DNA of 56,138 nucleotides from Candidatus Avispirillum sp. Its GTDB lineage: Bacteria > Bacillota > Clostridia > Oscillospirales > CAG-272. Numbering within the stretch: the stretch's first letter is position 1; the number at the start of each line of letters is the position of its first letter. The notes under the pieces are model-generated. The model did not search any database, had not been told where the DNA came from, and worked only from the letters and a program-made list of their open reading frames with translations. The stretch covers positions 1 through 56,138 of the forward strand of contig JAZTXZ010000065.1 in the NCBI GenBank assembly GCA_045636685.1, in the 5' to 3' direction. Shown in pieces: positions 28,462-38,515 of the stretch. A program made the translations under genes and the position numbers.

Positions 28462-29019
28462 ATGCGTAAGGATTTCGGAAAAAAGACATGGTTGTATCCT
28501 ATGCCTGTATTTATTGTGGCTGCATACGATAAGGACGGTGTTCCTTGTTGTATGAATGCGGCCTGGGGAGGCATATATGATACAAATATGATAATGGTTT
28601 GTCTTGCGGATGACCATAAGACAACAAAGAATATAACAGAAAGCGGAGCTTTTACCGTAAGTATTGCAGACGCCGATCATGTGACAGAAGCAGACTATGT
28701 GGGCATTGTATCCGGAAACAGCGTTCCCGATAAGATGGACAGAGCAGGTCTTACAACTGTTAGATCTCAGTATGTAAATGCACCTGTTATAAATGAGTTT
28801 CCCATGACGGTTGAATGTAAGCTTATAAAATTCAATGAAGACGGAATCTGTATAGGAGAGATAGTAAACGTTTCGGCAGATGAAAAGGTTCTTGGAGATG
28901 ACGGGCTTATCGATCCGGAAAAGCTTGGTGCTGTCACATACGATCCTGTAAGACATACATATATAAAGCTTGGAGAAAAGGTAGGATGCGCGTTCTCCGA
29001 TGGAAAGAAGCTGAAATAA
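28462..29019 (+). CDS. flavin reductase-like (FMN-binding split-barrel) protein
   Basis: 185 aa. N-terminus WLYPMPVFIVAAYDKDG.P..MNAAWGG is typical of the flavin reductase-like domain. Confidence 0.75.
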   Translation: MRKDFGKKTWLYPMPVFIVAAYDKDGVPCCMNAAWGGIYDTNMIMVCLADDHKTTKNITESGAFTVSIADADHVTEADYVGIVSGNSVPDKMDRAGLTTVRSQYVNAPVINEFPMTVECKLIKFNEDGICIGEIVNVSADEKVLGDDGLIDPEKLGAVTYDPVRHTYIKLGEKVGCAFSDGKKLK

Positions 29020-29058
29020 AGAATTATTCATATCCTGCATGAAAATGATGATATTCTT

Positions 29059-29101
29059 AAAAACCCAAGGGGCTGTTTTTATAACAGCCCCTTGGGTTTT
29101 T
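29059..29101 (+). terminator. intrinsic terminator
   Basis: About 18-bp stem AAAACCCAAGGGGCTGTT/AACAGCCCCTTGGGTTTT followed by T. Confidence 0.8.
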
Positions 29102-29243
29102 AATGGGCAGTAATTTTTATCTTTTGGCTTATGCATTAATAACATATTTTTCTTTCATTTCCAGCTATTTGTTTTTATGCTGAGATAAAAAAGGAATATA
29201 TTTATGTTACTTGCGGAAAATGAATCTGTAAGGATGTGATAAT

Positions 29244-30566
29244 ATGAAATCTGTATGGTCGGAAAAATCAGATTTTCCTTCTTTTCCTGTTCTTGAAAGG
29301 GATATAAATATTGAGGTCCTGATAGTAGGAGGAGGTATTGTAGGACTTTTGTGCGCATTAAAGCTAAAAGAAGCAGGCATAGATTGCATACTGGTCGAGT
29401 CCGAAAAAATATGCAGTGGTATAACTCAAAACACTACTGCAAAAATAACAGTACAGCACGGACTCATATACTCAAAATTAATAAAACAGCGGGGAAAGGA
29501 TGTAGCACGGCTATATTTAGAGGCAAATGAAAATGCTCTCGCAGAGTATAAAAGATTATGTGATAATATAGATTGCGACTTCACAGAGAGAGACTCATAT
29601 GTATATTCGCAGACAGGAAATGTGCAGATCAAAGAAGAAGCCGAGGCGCTGAGGTCTCTCGGTAAAGACGCACAGCTGTGCCTTCCGGAAGATTTACCGA
29701 TTAAAATTGCAGAGGCGGTATGCTTGCGAGGGCAAGGACAGTTCGATCCCTTGAAGTTTTTATCAGAGATATCAAAGGGGCTACCTATCTATGAAAATAC
29801 AAAATTTGTTGAGATACGGAATAATACTGCCATAACAAATCACGGGGCTATTAAATTTAAAAAAGTAATAATAGCAACTCATTTTCCCGTTATAAATAAA
29901 CACGGCGGATATTTTTTGAAACTGTATCAGCATCGTTCATATGTGATGGCTCTTGAGGGAGCGCCTCTGTGCCGTGGGATGTATGTTGAAGACAACATTG
30001 ACGGAATGTCTTTTCGTTCCTTTGGCGAACTTTTGTTGATCGGCGGCGGAGGGCACAGAACGGGAAAGTCGGGCGGTGGATACAGTGAGCTTGAGGCATT
30101 TGCAAATAAGTATTATCCTATGGCAAAAATCAAAGCAAAATGGGCGACCCAGGACTGCATGAGCCTTGATGGAGTACCTTATATAGGCAGATATTCAAGG
30201 GAAACTCCGGAAATGTTTGTTGCTACGGGATTTAATAAGTGGGGAATGACGTCATCAATGGTTTCAGCAGAAATATTGTCAGATGCAGTGCAGGGAAGAG
30301 AGAGCAAATATAATGCAGTCTATTCTCCTTCAAGAAGCATTTTAACGCCCCAGCTTGGAAAGAATGCATTAGAATCGCTTCTCGGAATCATAAAACCGAC
30401 TATGCCGCGATGTCCCCATATGGGATGTGCTCTGAAATATAATCCCTATGAGCATTCCTGGGATTGCCCTTGCCACGGCTCAAGATTTACAGAGGAAGGG
30501 AATCTTATAGATAACCCAGCTACTGACGATAAAAAATCAATAAGCAAATACAAAGAAAAACGTTAA
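29244..30566 (+). CDS. FAD-dependent oxidoreductase with C-terminal Rieske [2Fe-2S] domain
   Basis: Dinucleotide fold VLIVGGGIVGLLCALKL. Rieske ligand motif CPHMGC...(x15)...CPCHGSRF. Confidence 0.85.
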   Translation: MKSVWSEKSDFPSFPVLERDINIEVLIVGGGIVGLLCALKLKEAGIDCILVESEKICSGITQNTTAKITVQHGLIYSKLIKQRGKDVARLYLEANENALAEYKRLCDNIDCDFTERDSYVYSQTGNVQIKEEAEALRSLGKDAQLCLPEDLPIKIAEAVCLRGQGQFDPLKFLSEISKGLPIYENTKFVEIRNNTAITNHGAIKFKKVIIATHFPVINKHGGYFLKLYQHRSYVMALEGAPLCRGMYVEDNIDGMSFRSFGELLLIGGGGHRTGKSGGGYSELEAFANKYYPMAKIKAKWATQDCMSLDGVPYIGRYSRETPEMFVATGFNKWGMTSSMVSAEILSDAVQGRESKYNAVYSPSRSILTPQLGKNALESLLGIIKPTMPRCPHMGCALKYNPYEHSWDCPCHGSRFTEEGNLIDNPATDDKKSISKYKEKR

Positions 30567-30665
30567 ATACTTTTGAATCTGTCCGCAAAAACGGACATCA
30601 GAAAATACTTGCTTTAAAGAAAAAGTACACGAAAGAAAATTTATTTTTTCGGTACTGTAAAAGAA

Positions 30666-30702
30666 AAAGGAATCTCCGTCAGAGACGGAGATTCCTTTTT
30701 TT
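30666..30702 (+). terminator. intrinsic terminator
   Basis: Stem GGAATCTCCGT/ACGGAGATTCC followed by T7. Confidence 0.8.
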
Positions 30703-30807
30703 GATAACAGTAAAACACAGTCTGTTCAAGTGATGTATTATGTACAAGATTTGTGGGGAATTTTGGTATTTCATTGGCGAAATGTTTGGAAATAATGTCA
30801 TAATTTG

Positions 30808-30836
30808 TTGACTAATATTTGAAAATATGTTAATAT
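30808..30836 (+). promoter_or_regulatory. sigma-A type promoter candidate for the four-gene operon
   Basis: TTGACT-17 nt-TAATAT, about 35 nt upstream of the ATG at 30871. Confidence 0.5.
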
Positions 30837-30870
30837 ACACTATATATATTTATTTTTAGGAGTGTGTGCG

Positions 30871-33054
30871 ATGAAGCGGTCTTTAAAAGTACTTTGCGTT
30901 TTACTTGCCACAGTTATATGTGTTTTGCCTCTGATTCCTTTTGTGAACGGAGCTTCTGTATTTCAGCGTCAAAAAAAGAGTATATATCTTGTTCTTGACG
31001 ATTCTTTCAGTATGGTAAATCGCCCGACATACGATGCAAATTATTCATTGCAAACTCTTCTTGCGATGACAGATAAAAACGATTCTGTCAAGCTTTATTT
31101 CTTGAATGAAAAATTTGGCTTGTCCGGAAATATCGAGATGTCCAAAAAGGACAATGATATGCTCTCAAAGGTACATGATAAATATCCTGAGCCTACAGGC
31201 GGTACTCCTTATACGAGTGTTCAAATTGCTCAAAAGGAATTGACAGCTGCAGCATCCGAGGGAGATGAGACCGATTATTGGCTTGTCGTATTTACAGACG
31301 GAGAGTTTTCAATGCCTGCAGGATTGACAACTGAAAATGATCTTCAGACTTTCGCAGATAAAGAGCTTGCAAATGGAACTAAACCCAATGTTTTGTATAT
31401 TACTGTCGGTGGTACAAGTATTAGTAACGGTAATCGTGATAATCTCCACGTTATAGACCACACCAGTATTATCACTGCCATGACTGATGCGGCAAAGGTA
31501 ATATCCGGCCGAATCAATGTTGAAAATGTTAATTATTCCGCAGACGGTAAAGAGCTTACTTTCTCGTTGCCTTATCCTGCTAAGAATATCATCGTATTAA
31601 CTCAGAATACCCGTACAAAGATTACAGATTCAAAGGCAGCATCCGATCTCAATATATCGGAAAACTATACTATCACCTATCCGGAACCCGGCTATGGACT
31701 GGATAAATCTACTGTATGCTTCATAACAGAGAAGAATAACTCCAGCATCGGCTCCGGAGAAGTTACTCTCAAATTTGATAAAGGATTAAATCCTCAAAAT
31801 ACTACTGTACTATTTGAACCTGCCATAGGAATAGTAGCACATTACTATAACAGTGACGGTGCCGAGGTTGATCCCAAGGATCTGTACATCAGTGAGAATT
31901 GCAGAATTGAATTTACGATCTGTGACAGTGAGACCAAGAAGCCGCTTGATATCGGAGCTTTCGGAGGCAATGTAAAGTATTCTTCCGAAGTGGATGGAAT
32001 TAAGGCAGATTCAAATGTCCGTGAATTCACCATCAATAAAGACGAAATTGAAATAGTTCTTTATGCCGAGATGCCCGATGGCTATATTCTGGAAACAAGA
32101 CAAAAATATAATTTTGAAGTAAGCAGAATCATAACATTCACGCTTTCAAACGGAGGTAAGTTTAAAGCTGATATTACCGAGTTGAAAAATGCGGAGGGCA
32201 CACGCGCCGATATCCTTATAAACGGAGCGAGTATTTCATCCGCGGAGTTGAAGGATTTTGAACTCGATATTGAAGGAGAAAACAGTTTCGTTTCAAATTT
32301 CGATATTGAGAAGGATGAGAAAAATGGTGGTTTCATAATCCATCCCAAAAAGGGCTGGATATCGCCCCTTACACCTAAAGATAAAACTTATAAAGTAAAC
32401 CTTACCGATAAATCAACCGGTAAAATCTATACCGCTGACCTTACAGTAGAAATTACTGGCCCGAGAAATTGGATCCCGATTATTGTTTTTGTTCTCATAG
32501 TTGCTCTTATTGTATATCTCATAATAGTATTTGCAACAAAGACATATTTCCCGAAAAATTTGAGATTTGTGCTGTATTTGAATAAGCCTGATTCGGGAGC
32601 CAAAGGTAAGCATGGAATTAAATATACACTAGGAAAGATTTATTGGAATGAATTTACGAAGTGCTTTAAAGGTAATTTTACCTTTTTTGTACATCTGTTC
32701 AAACAGCTGCTCCCCAATACAAGGCAATGTGTAACTTTGTACGGTATAGGCAGCAGGGGGTATTATGACCAAATTACGATCATAGCTAATCTTTCAACTG
32801 TTGTATATGCCGAAGATAAAACTTTGAAGTATAATGAAACCAGTAAAAAATTCAGTTCGGAATATGATGTGTATAACAGCAATTTCATTAAGATCATGGG
32901 CGCTGAAAATCTGACAAAAAAACCGAAATCAAAGGAAAAGCCTCGTTATACAATAGATACAGGAAATGTACTGGTCAGAAAGAAAGTTTCATCTACAAAT
33001 AGTAAAGTATATCTTCACATTACCAGAAAAACAAAAAAGAAATTAAATAAATAA
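30871..33054 (+). CDS. membrane protein with extracytoplasmic von Willebrand factor A (vWA) domain
   Basis: ATG 30871 follows a TAGGAG RBS. Signal/anchor MKRSLKVLCVLLATVICVLPLIPFVNG. MIDAS elements LVLDDSFSM (DxSxS), GGTPYT and VVFTDGEF. Beta-rich middle region, TM WIPIIVFVLIVALIVYLIIVFA, and a basic ~170-aa tail. Confidence 0.75.
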   Translation: MKRSLKVLCVLLATVICVLPLIPFVNGASVFQRQKKSIYLVLDDSFSMVNRPTYDANYSLQTLLAMTDKNDSVKLYFLNEKFGLSGNIEMSKKDNDMLSKVHDKYPEPTGGTPYTSVQIAQKELTAAASEGDETDYWLVVFTDGEFSMPAGLTTENDLQTFADKELANGTKPNVLYITVGGTSISNGNRDNLHVIDHTSIITAMTDAAKVISGRINVENVNYSADGKELTFSLPYPAKNIIVLTQNTRTKITDSKAASDLNISENYTITYPEPGYGLDKSTVCFITEKNNSSIGSGEVTLKFDKGLNPQNTTVLFEPAIGIVAHYYNSDGAEVDPKDLYISENCRIEFTICDSETKKPLDIGAFGGNVKYSSEVDGIKADSNVREFTINKDEIEIVLYAEMPDGYILETRQKYNFEVSRIITFTLSNGGKFKADITELKNAEGTRADILINGASISSAELKDFELDIEGENSFVSNFDIEKDEKNGGFIIHPKKGWISPLTPKDKTYKVNLTDKSTGKIYTADLTVEITGPRNWIPIIVFVLIVALIVYLIIVFATKTYFPKNLRFVLYLNKPDSGAKGKHGIKYTLGKIYWNEFTKCFKGNFTFFVHLFKQLLPNTRQCVTLYGIGSRGYYDQITIIANLSTVVYAEDKTLKYNETSKKFSSEYDVYNSNFIKIMGAENLTKKPKSKEKPRYTIDTGNVLVRKKVSSTNSKVYLHITRKTKKKLNK

Positions 33055-33081
33055 GTTTGTGATTAAAAGGAGTAAAAAAAA

Positions 33082-36000
33082 ATGAGTGCACCTCAAATTG
33101 TTGAAATCAGTAATACCCGTCCAAGACAGGTTCTTCTTGTAGGATTGGGAGGCGTTGGCAGCAGAACAGTAGATACGATTCTGTCCGTAATGCCTGATGA
33201 ATATAAGCCCTACACAACTGCTGTTGCAATTGATACCGATGTTGGCGACCTTGATAAGAGACTGACATATATCCCCAGAGAAAACAGAATATCCTTGGGC
33301 ACAAATCCCAAGAACGGTCAGTCCATAACAGTTGGTAATTATATAAGAAATCATCCGGAAACGGAAGAGTGGTTCCTTAAGGGAGAGCGCGTTGACCTGG
33401 TAAAAAAGAGAAATACCAAGGAGGGCGCAAAGCAGGTAAGAATGGTTTCCCGTATCGCTCTTGCTGCCACCGATGAATACTGCGGTATGACAAAGAAGCT
33501 TGAGGATGTGCTTCAAGGACTGAATAAGGCAGACGGAACTACGATCAGCAGCGGACTCCTTGTTCTGGTAGTTGCCTCCGTTGCAGGAGGTACCGGTGCA
33601 GGTACTGTGCTTCAGTTCCCCCTTTATCTTGAGCAGGCGCTTTCAAGATCATTCCAGGATGACAGCATTCAGATAGAATGTGCTATGCTTCTTCCCAATA
33701 TGTTCAGCCATGTTCATACTTCTCAGAATGCTGCGTCTGCCCGTGCAAATGCATATGCTGTTGTACGTGAACTTATTTCCATGAACAGCAGAAGACTTAA
33801 GAGAGGAGATATTCTTCCCGGCTGTGACTTTGGTAAAAAATCAGAGAATATTTCTCCTTATTCCAGAGTGTATTTCTTTGATGATTGCAGCATTTCCGGC
33901 GATACCATAATGACTGACCTTGATCGCGTATATGTTCCCAAAACAGCCAATGCCCTTAATGAATATCTCTTCGGTGCGGCAAAAGGTAAAATTACAAGCG
34001 ATCTTGATAATACTTTGCAGGCAGTATATGAATCTGAAGGTGCAGCTATATTCTCCGCTTTGGGTTCTGCAGTGCTTGATTATCCCAGGGCTACATATAC
34101 TCAGTATGTGATTGGCAAGTGGATAACAAAGGTTATAGCAAGGGATTGGAGATATGTTGACGAAAAAGTAAATAATCGCTATGCCGAGATCATAAAGAAT
34201 GCTATTGAAAACGGAACAGGAAAGCCTAATAAAGAAAAAACAAAAAGAGCTCTCTACCTTGATATAGTAGGCCGCGAGGATACTCCTTTCTTTAAGGAGA
34301 TCAAAAGATCTTATTTTGTATCTGAAGGTGCGGATGATGAATATGATGAGGATGCTGAAAAGTTAAGCCTTGCACAGTTGTTCTGGAATCGTTGTGAAAA
34401 TCATCTCAGAGACGAGGTGAACAGAAATACAAGATTTACAACTGCAAAGATTGAGCTTGAAAATAATCTCGTTGAAAACGATGTAGGCACATTTATTGAC
34501 AATTTGAAAGAAATTGAGCAGTCAGGCGCTGCACTTCAGTCTGTGGGCTCGCAGTATGAGATGGATGTAGTACGTCCTATGGAAGCTCAGAATGATGTTT
34601 TCTATACATCCCGTAATCGTGTTGAGAAGCATCTTTTCACCTTCCTCAAAAAACATAAGCTTCATCCCATAATGCTCAGATATTTCCTTTGCGAACTTCA
34701 AAAGCTTGCTATGGAAAATTCCGTATTCAATACAGAAGAGTTAAACACTCAGGATTTCAAGGAGCTTAAAACTAAAAGAGATCGCAGAGAACATGCAATA
34801 AATCAATCTGCCAAATTAGATGAAAAAACTGTAAGAAACGTCATTGCAAATTTCGCACAGTATCTTGTTGCTGACCTTGATGAGTATATCAAGGAGTTAG
34901 AGGATATGTTCATGTGCCTTGATTCTGTAATCGGTACATTTGAGACAACTTCCAGAAAGTCTCTTGAGAATCTTACCTTTAGTAATCCTCAGACAGGCGC
35001 TGTGCTTTCAGGCGGTTCTCTTTCCATGAGATATGTATGGAAGCGTATCGAAGATGAGATGAGTAACGGTGCTGATGTGTTCACTGTTGATGAAGAACTG
35101 AACAACAAGCTTCATGAACTAATATATAAAGCATTTTATGGCAGAGTGGGCGACATTCAGTCGTCAAATGGCAACAGTGATGAAGGATTCAGAGTAAGAA
35201 CCAAATATGAGACTATTCTTGCAAGAGAACTTCAGATATATTACTCAAGAATGCTCAATGACAGATATTCCAATATATTCCCCAGTGATGTATTTGATGC
35301 GGCAAGAGTTGAATGCGGTCTCAGAAATGCATATAAGGAGCAGCGCAGTCGTGTTGATGATCCCGGTAAATTCACTGAGCAGGTGTTCATTGATAGGGGC
35401 GGAAGACCTTTGAATTTCGCAACTGAAATTGAGGCACCTGCAGGAATGCAGGATGATGCAAGATATTTGACAGCATTGCTTAATGCAACTATAGCAAATT
35501 CTAAACCCTACAGCGGACGTCTTAAGGATTATATCGATGTAAGCACAGATCAGTACGGAAATACAGACGGTATAAGAACAGACGTTATTGTTAATTCAAG
35601 ATTGCTTCGTACAGAGGCTGATCCTCATAACCTTGATGAATTCGGCGTTGCCAAAGAACGCAGAATCGAGGAGGAGTTTATAGACGGCGTAAGTGCAACC
35701 AGCGTTATGGGTACCGATATACAGACTACTTATGTGGACAGCGGTATCTCTCTTAATCAGATCAAGATTGTAACTTCAATCAGATCATTACAGCCCTTCA
35801 ACTTCGTTGCATTCCTTCCTTCTGACGATGATAAGCATTCTCCCACCAATGGTAAGACTTATTTTGAGTCATACAGAGAGGCAGTTAACGATATTCCGGT
35901 AAAGAATAATGTGATAACACCTCATCTCCATCGCAATTGGCATCTTGCTGATATGCTGGATGATATTACCGATGCACATACCAATACATATAACAGAAGT

Positions 36001-36771
36001 GCAGCTGAAGCTTTTGTGCTTGGATTTATTTTTGATATTATCAGAGTCGGAAGTGACTGTGTTGTTGAAATAGGAAAGCTCCATAATCCTTATTTCTCAA
36101 GAATTTTCGGAGATATGGGTATTAAGCAGTTTGTTCTCCTTGATAAAGTTGCACATGCTTCCGTTGATAACAGCATAAAGCTTGAAGGATGTGAGGTAGG
36201 TGCAAAGCGAGATACAGTAAATGCAGTTCTTGTGGAGATTTATAGTCTTCTTGCATCAACTGATAATCTTAGGGATGCGATCTTCGGTTATGCAACCGAG
36301 CAGTTTAAAGAATATTCTATTAAAAAAGATGTTCAGTTTATCAGAAACTGTATCGAAGATGAGAATATTTCCAACGTTATGTACAACTGTATTCTTGACG
36401 TAATTGACGGCTATTATCAGGGAACCCGTCAGCTTCCTTACAAAGAAGCGTTCCGTGGCGAAACCAATACAGATTATATGGTTAAGGCAGTATTTAAAAA
36501 TCTCTATGAGATGTGCAACCTGTTCAGCAACGAAATTTCTGCTGTTAAGACTATTTACGAAAAGTTTGTAGATAAGCTTTATGATGATTGCTTCTGTGAG
36601 GGGGTAGCAGAGAATATGATCGTTGAATCGCTCGATGAATATGATGAATTAGCAGCAATAGCTAATTCGGTTAACAAGAATAGCGGAACACAGAGTAAGC
36701 CTTTTTCTCCCAACGGTACTTTCAGTCGCAAGAATGCAAAAGATATTTTTAATCAGCTTATAAACGAATAA
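33082..36771 (+). CDS. giant tubulin/FtsZ-superfamily GTPase-like protein (1229 aa)
   Basis: AAGGAG RBS. N-terminus LLVGLGGVGSRTV, AIDTD, EGAKQVRMVSRIAL and VASVAGGTGAGTV, which matches the tubulin/FtsZ signature GGGTG[ST]G. About 900 aa of extension with no TM. Confidence 0.7.
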   Translation: MSAPQIVEISNTRPRQVLLVGLGGVGSRTVDTILSVMPDEYKPYTTAVAIDTDVGDLDKRLTYIPRENRISLGTNPKNGQSITVGNYIRNHPETEEWFLKGERVDLVKKRNTKEGAKQVRMVSRIALAATDEYCGMTKKLEDVLQGLNKADGTTISSGLLVLVVASVAGGTGAGTVLQFPLYLEQALSRSFQDDSIQIECAMLLPNMFSHVHTSQNAASARANAYAVVRELISMNSRRLKRGDILPGCDFGKKSENISPYSRVYFFDDCSISGDTIMTDLDRVYVPKTANALNEYLFGAAKGKITSDLDNTLQAVYESEGAAIFSALGSAVLDYPRATYTQYVIGKWITKVIARDWRYVDEKVNNRYAEIIKNAIENGTGKPNKEKTKRALYLDIVGREDTPFFKEIKRSYFVSEGADDEYDEDAEKLSLAQLFWNRCENHLRDEVNRNTRFTTAKIELENNLVENDVGTFIDNLKEIEQSGAALQSVGSQYEMDVVRPMEAQNDVFYTSRNRVEKHLFTFLKKHKLHPIMLRYFLCELQKLAMENSVFNTEELNTQDFKELKTKRDRREHAINQSAKLDEKTVRNVIANFAQYLVADLDEYIKELEDMFMCLDSVIGTFETTSRKSLENLTFSNPQTGAVLSGGSLSMRYVWKRIEDEMSNGADVFTVDEELNNKLHELIYKAFYGRVGDIQSSNGNSDEGFRVRTKYETILARELQIYYSRMLNDRYSNIFPSDVFDAARVECGLRNAYKEQRSRVDDPGKFTEQVFIDRGGRPLNFATEIEAPAGMQDDARYLTALLNATIANSKPYSGRLKDYIDVSTDQYGNTDGIRTDVIVNSRLLRTEADPHNLDEFGVAKERRIEEEFIDGVSATSVMGTDIQTTYVDSGISLNQIKIVTSIRSLQPFNFVAFLPSDDDKHSPTNGKTYFESYREAVNDIPVKNNVITPHLHRNWHLADMLDDITDAHTNTYNRSAAEAFVLGFIFDIIRVGSDCVVEIGKLHNPYFSRIFGDMGIKQFVLLDKVAHASVDNSIKLEGCEVGAKRDTVNAVLVEIYSLLASTDNLRDAIFGYATEQFKEYSIKKDVQFIRNCIEDENISNVMYNCILDVIDGYYQGTRQLPYKEAFRGETNTDYMVKAVFKNLYEMCNLFSNEISAVKTIYEKFVDKLYDDCFCEGVAENMIVESLDEYDELAAIANSVNKNSGTQSKPFSPNGTFSRKNAKDIFNQLINE

Positions 36772-36789
36772 ATTTAAGGATACCAACTT

Positions 36790-38514
36790 ATGGAAGAACT
36801 CAAAACAGTTGTTATTGTAGACCGCAGAATCTACGAGAAAATCCAACTGTATAGAAGTTTTCTTGAGAGAAGTGAGTTCGAAACTCAATTGTCCGAAACC
36901 CGATTCATATGTGAAGATACAGCTGAGGACTTGTCCTCAGCTGTATCAAATAATATTACGAATTATTTATTTCTGTACGGGTTGATAGACGGTGATGAGT
37001 ATAGGATTCATCGTGATTTGATTATCGATAAGATGAAGAACTATCCCAACTCAAACTTCTATATGATTTTCTGCCAGAATCTGCTTAACGATGAGCCCTA
37101 TGACAATATTGAAAAAGTTAAAGGCTTAGTCTGCAAACCTTTTTGTATAGGAATAGTTGAGGGGGGCGATTTGTCCGATGAAGAAGCTGCTGAAAATCTT
37201 CGTTGTGTGAAGCTTTTGTCTCTTGCTATGGCGATATGTTCGTATAATGATGGCCCCGGAGGGTGCTATGCTCCCGAATACTATTATGTAACAGCTACAA
37301 TAGATGTTAATTGTACGAATGTGTTTTACGCTGCATCCTATGAATTAAGTAAGTTTGCTGAGTCAATTAATAATAAAGTTCAGCAAATCAATGGGCTTGA
37401 AGCCAGCGCTGATAGCATTGCAAAGGAAAAGCCCCACATGTGTACGGGAAACTATGCAGATGCCTCTCAGGCGCTTGAGTCATTGTCGCTACGTGGCTTT
37501 TCCGAATATTCGGATATGAGTGCTATGCGTCGCGAGATGGAGTTCTTGGGTAAGAAATGCGTTACTGTATATGATGATAACATTGCTTCGAAAATAAACA
37601 CAGCACGTTGCGGGCTTGCATTTGCTGAAGAAAAAATCAAACCGACATACGATGTAAATAATAACGGCAATATTTCTGTAGATGTTGATTATAATCTTGC
37701 CAATAGCTATATGTCTATAACGGAAGCCGATGAGGATCAGGTTGCTTCTCCGGATGAACTGCTTGCTCGTCCCGATAATAATATGGGATTTAATGTTGCG
37801 ATGCTGCGTTCAGCTTTGCCTCTTGCAAAGGAATTAGAGAAGTCTCAGTCAACTCAGCCGAAAAAAATATTGCCAATTACCTTGGGTATACTCCTGCTTT
37901 TTGCAGTGTCAGCTGCATCGGCATATATAGTAAGATATTTTATGTCAGGACTGACAGGAGTTGATATGACTGATATCTTGCTTACAATTTGTATTCCTGT
38001 TGCTGTTATACTTTTGATTACTGTAATTGCTTTTTGTATAAGCATATTTCAGAAGAGACAGAAAAAGCAAATATTTAAAGGGCTCTATTCAAAGATTTCA
38101 GCCTTTATAGAAAATACCAAAGATGTTTGTTTGAAAATAAATCAATATATAGATAAATATCTTACCGTTTATTTTAATTATCACATCAAGTATAATCTGA
38201 TCCGAGAGTGTAACGAAAAGGCAGAATATTTGAAAAAGGATATTCTTGCTATTCGCAAAAAGAGCATTCCTTATGAGGATCTTGTAACTACAATGTGCCT
38301 TTTAAATAAAGCGGACATTCCTTATCCTCAAAATAAGGTAGATGAAAACGGAAGTATTGTAAGAACTGTATCTGAAGAGATCATACACAAAATCAAAGAA
38401 AGCTCATCTGATGATAATACCGGTGCAGATGAGCCTCAGAGGCTCTTATCTCCATGGATGACATCCGTGGTAATTGAAACCGGTAGCTTTATTCCAAAAG
38501 AAGAGGAGAGCTGA
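36790..38514 (+). CDS. two-TM membrane protein, function unknown (574 aa)
   Basis: Soluble N-domain of about 355 aa, then a TM hairpin (ILPITLGILLLFAVSAASAYIV and ILLTICIPVAVILLITVIAFCISIF), then a helical acidic C-terminus. The stop is 1 nt from the next ATG. Confidence 0.6.
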   Translation: MEELKTVVIVDRRIYEKIQLYRSFLERSEFETQLSETRFICEDTAEDLSSAVSNNITNYLFLYGLIDGDEYRIHRDLIIDKMKNYPNSNFYMIFCQNLLNDEPYDNIEKVKGLVCKPFCIGIVEGGDLSDEEAAENLRCVKLLSLAMAICSYNDGPGGCYAPEYYYVTATIDVNCTNVFYAASYELSKFAESINNKVQQINGLEASADSIAKEKPHMCTGNYADASQALESLSLRGFSEYSDMSAMRREMEFLGKKCVTVYDDNIASKINTARCGLAFAEEKIKPTYDVNNNGNISVDVDYNLANSYMSITEADEDQVASPDELLARPDNNMGFNVAMLRSALPLAKELEKSQSTQPKKILPITLGILLLFAVSAASAYIVRYFMSGLTGVDMTDILLTICIPVAVILLITVIAFCISIFQKRQKKQIFKGLYSKISAFIENTKDVCLKINQYIDKYLTVYFNYHIKYNLIRECNEKAEYLKKDILAIRKKSIPYEDLVTTMCLLNKADIPYPQNKVDENGSIVRTVSEEIIHKIKESSSDDNTGADEPQRLLSPWMTSVVIETGSFIPKEEES

Positions 38515-38515
38515 T

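Noticed and set aside
33043-33516. A 157-aa minus-strand ORF spanning the gene 1/gene 2 junction of the four-gene operon.
   Set aside because: It is antisense to the conserved tubulin-like N-terminus and would run against the operon. It has no RBS or terminator and an implausible composition.
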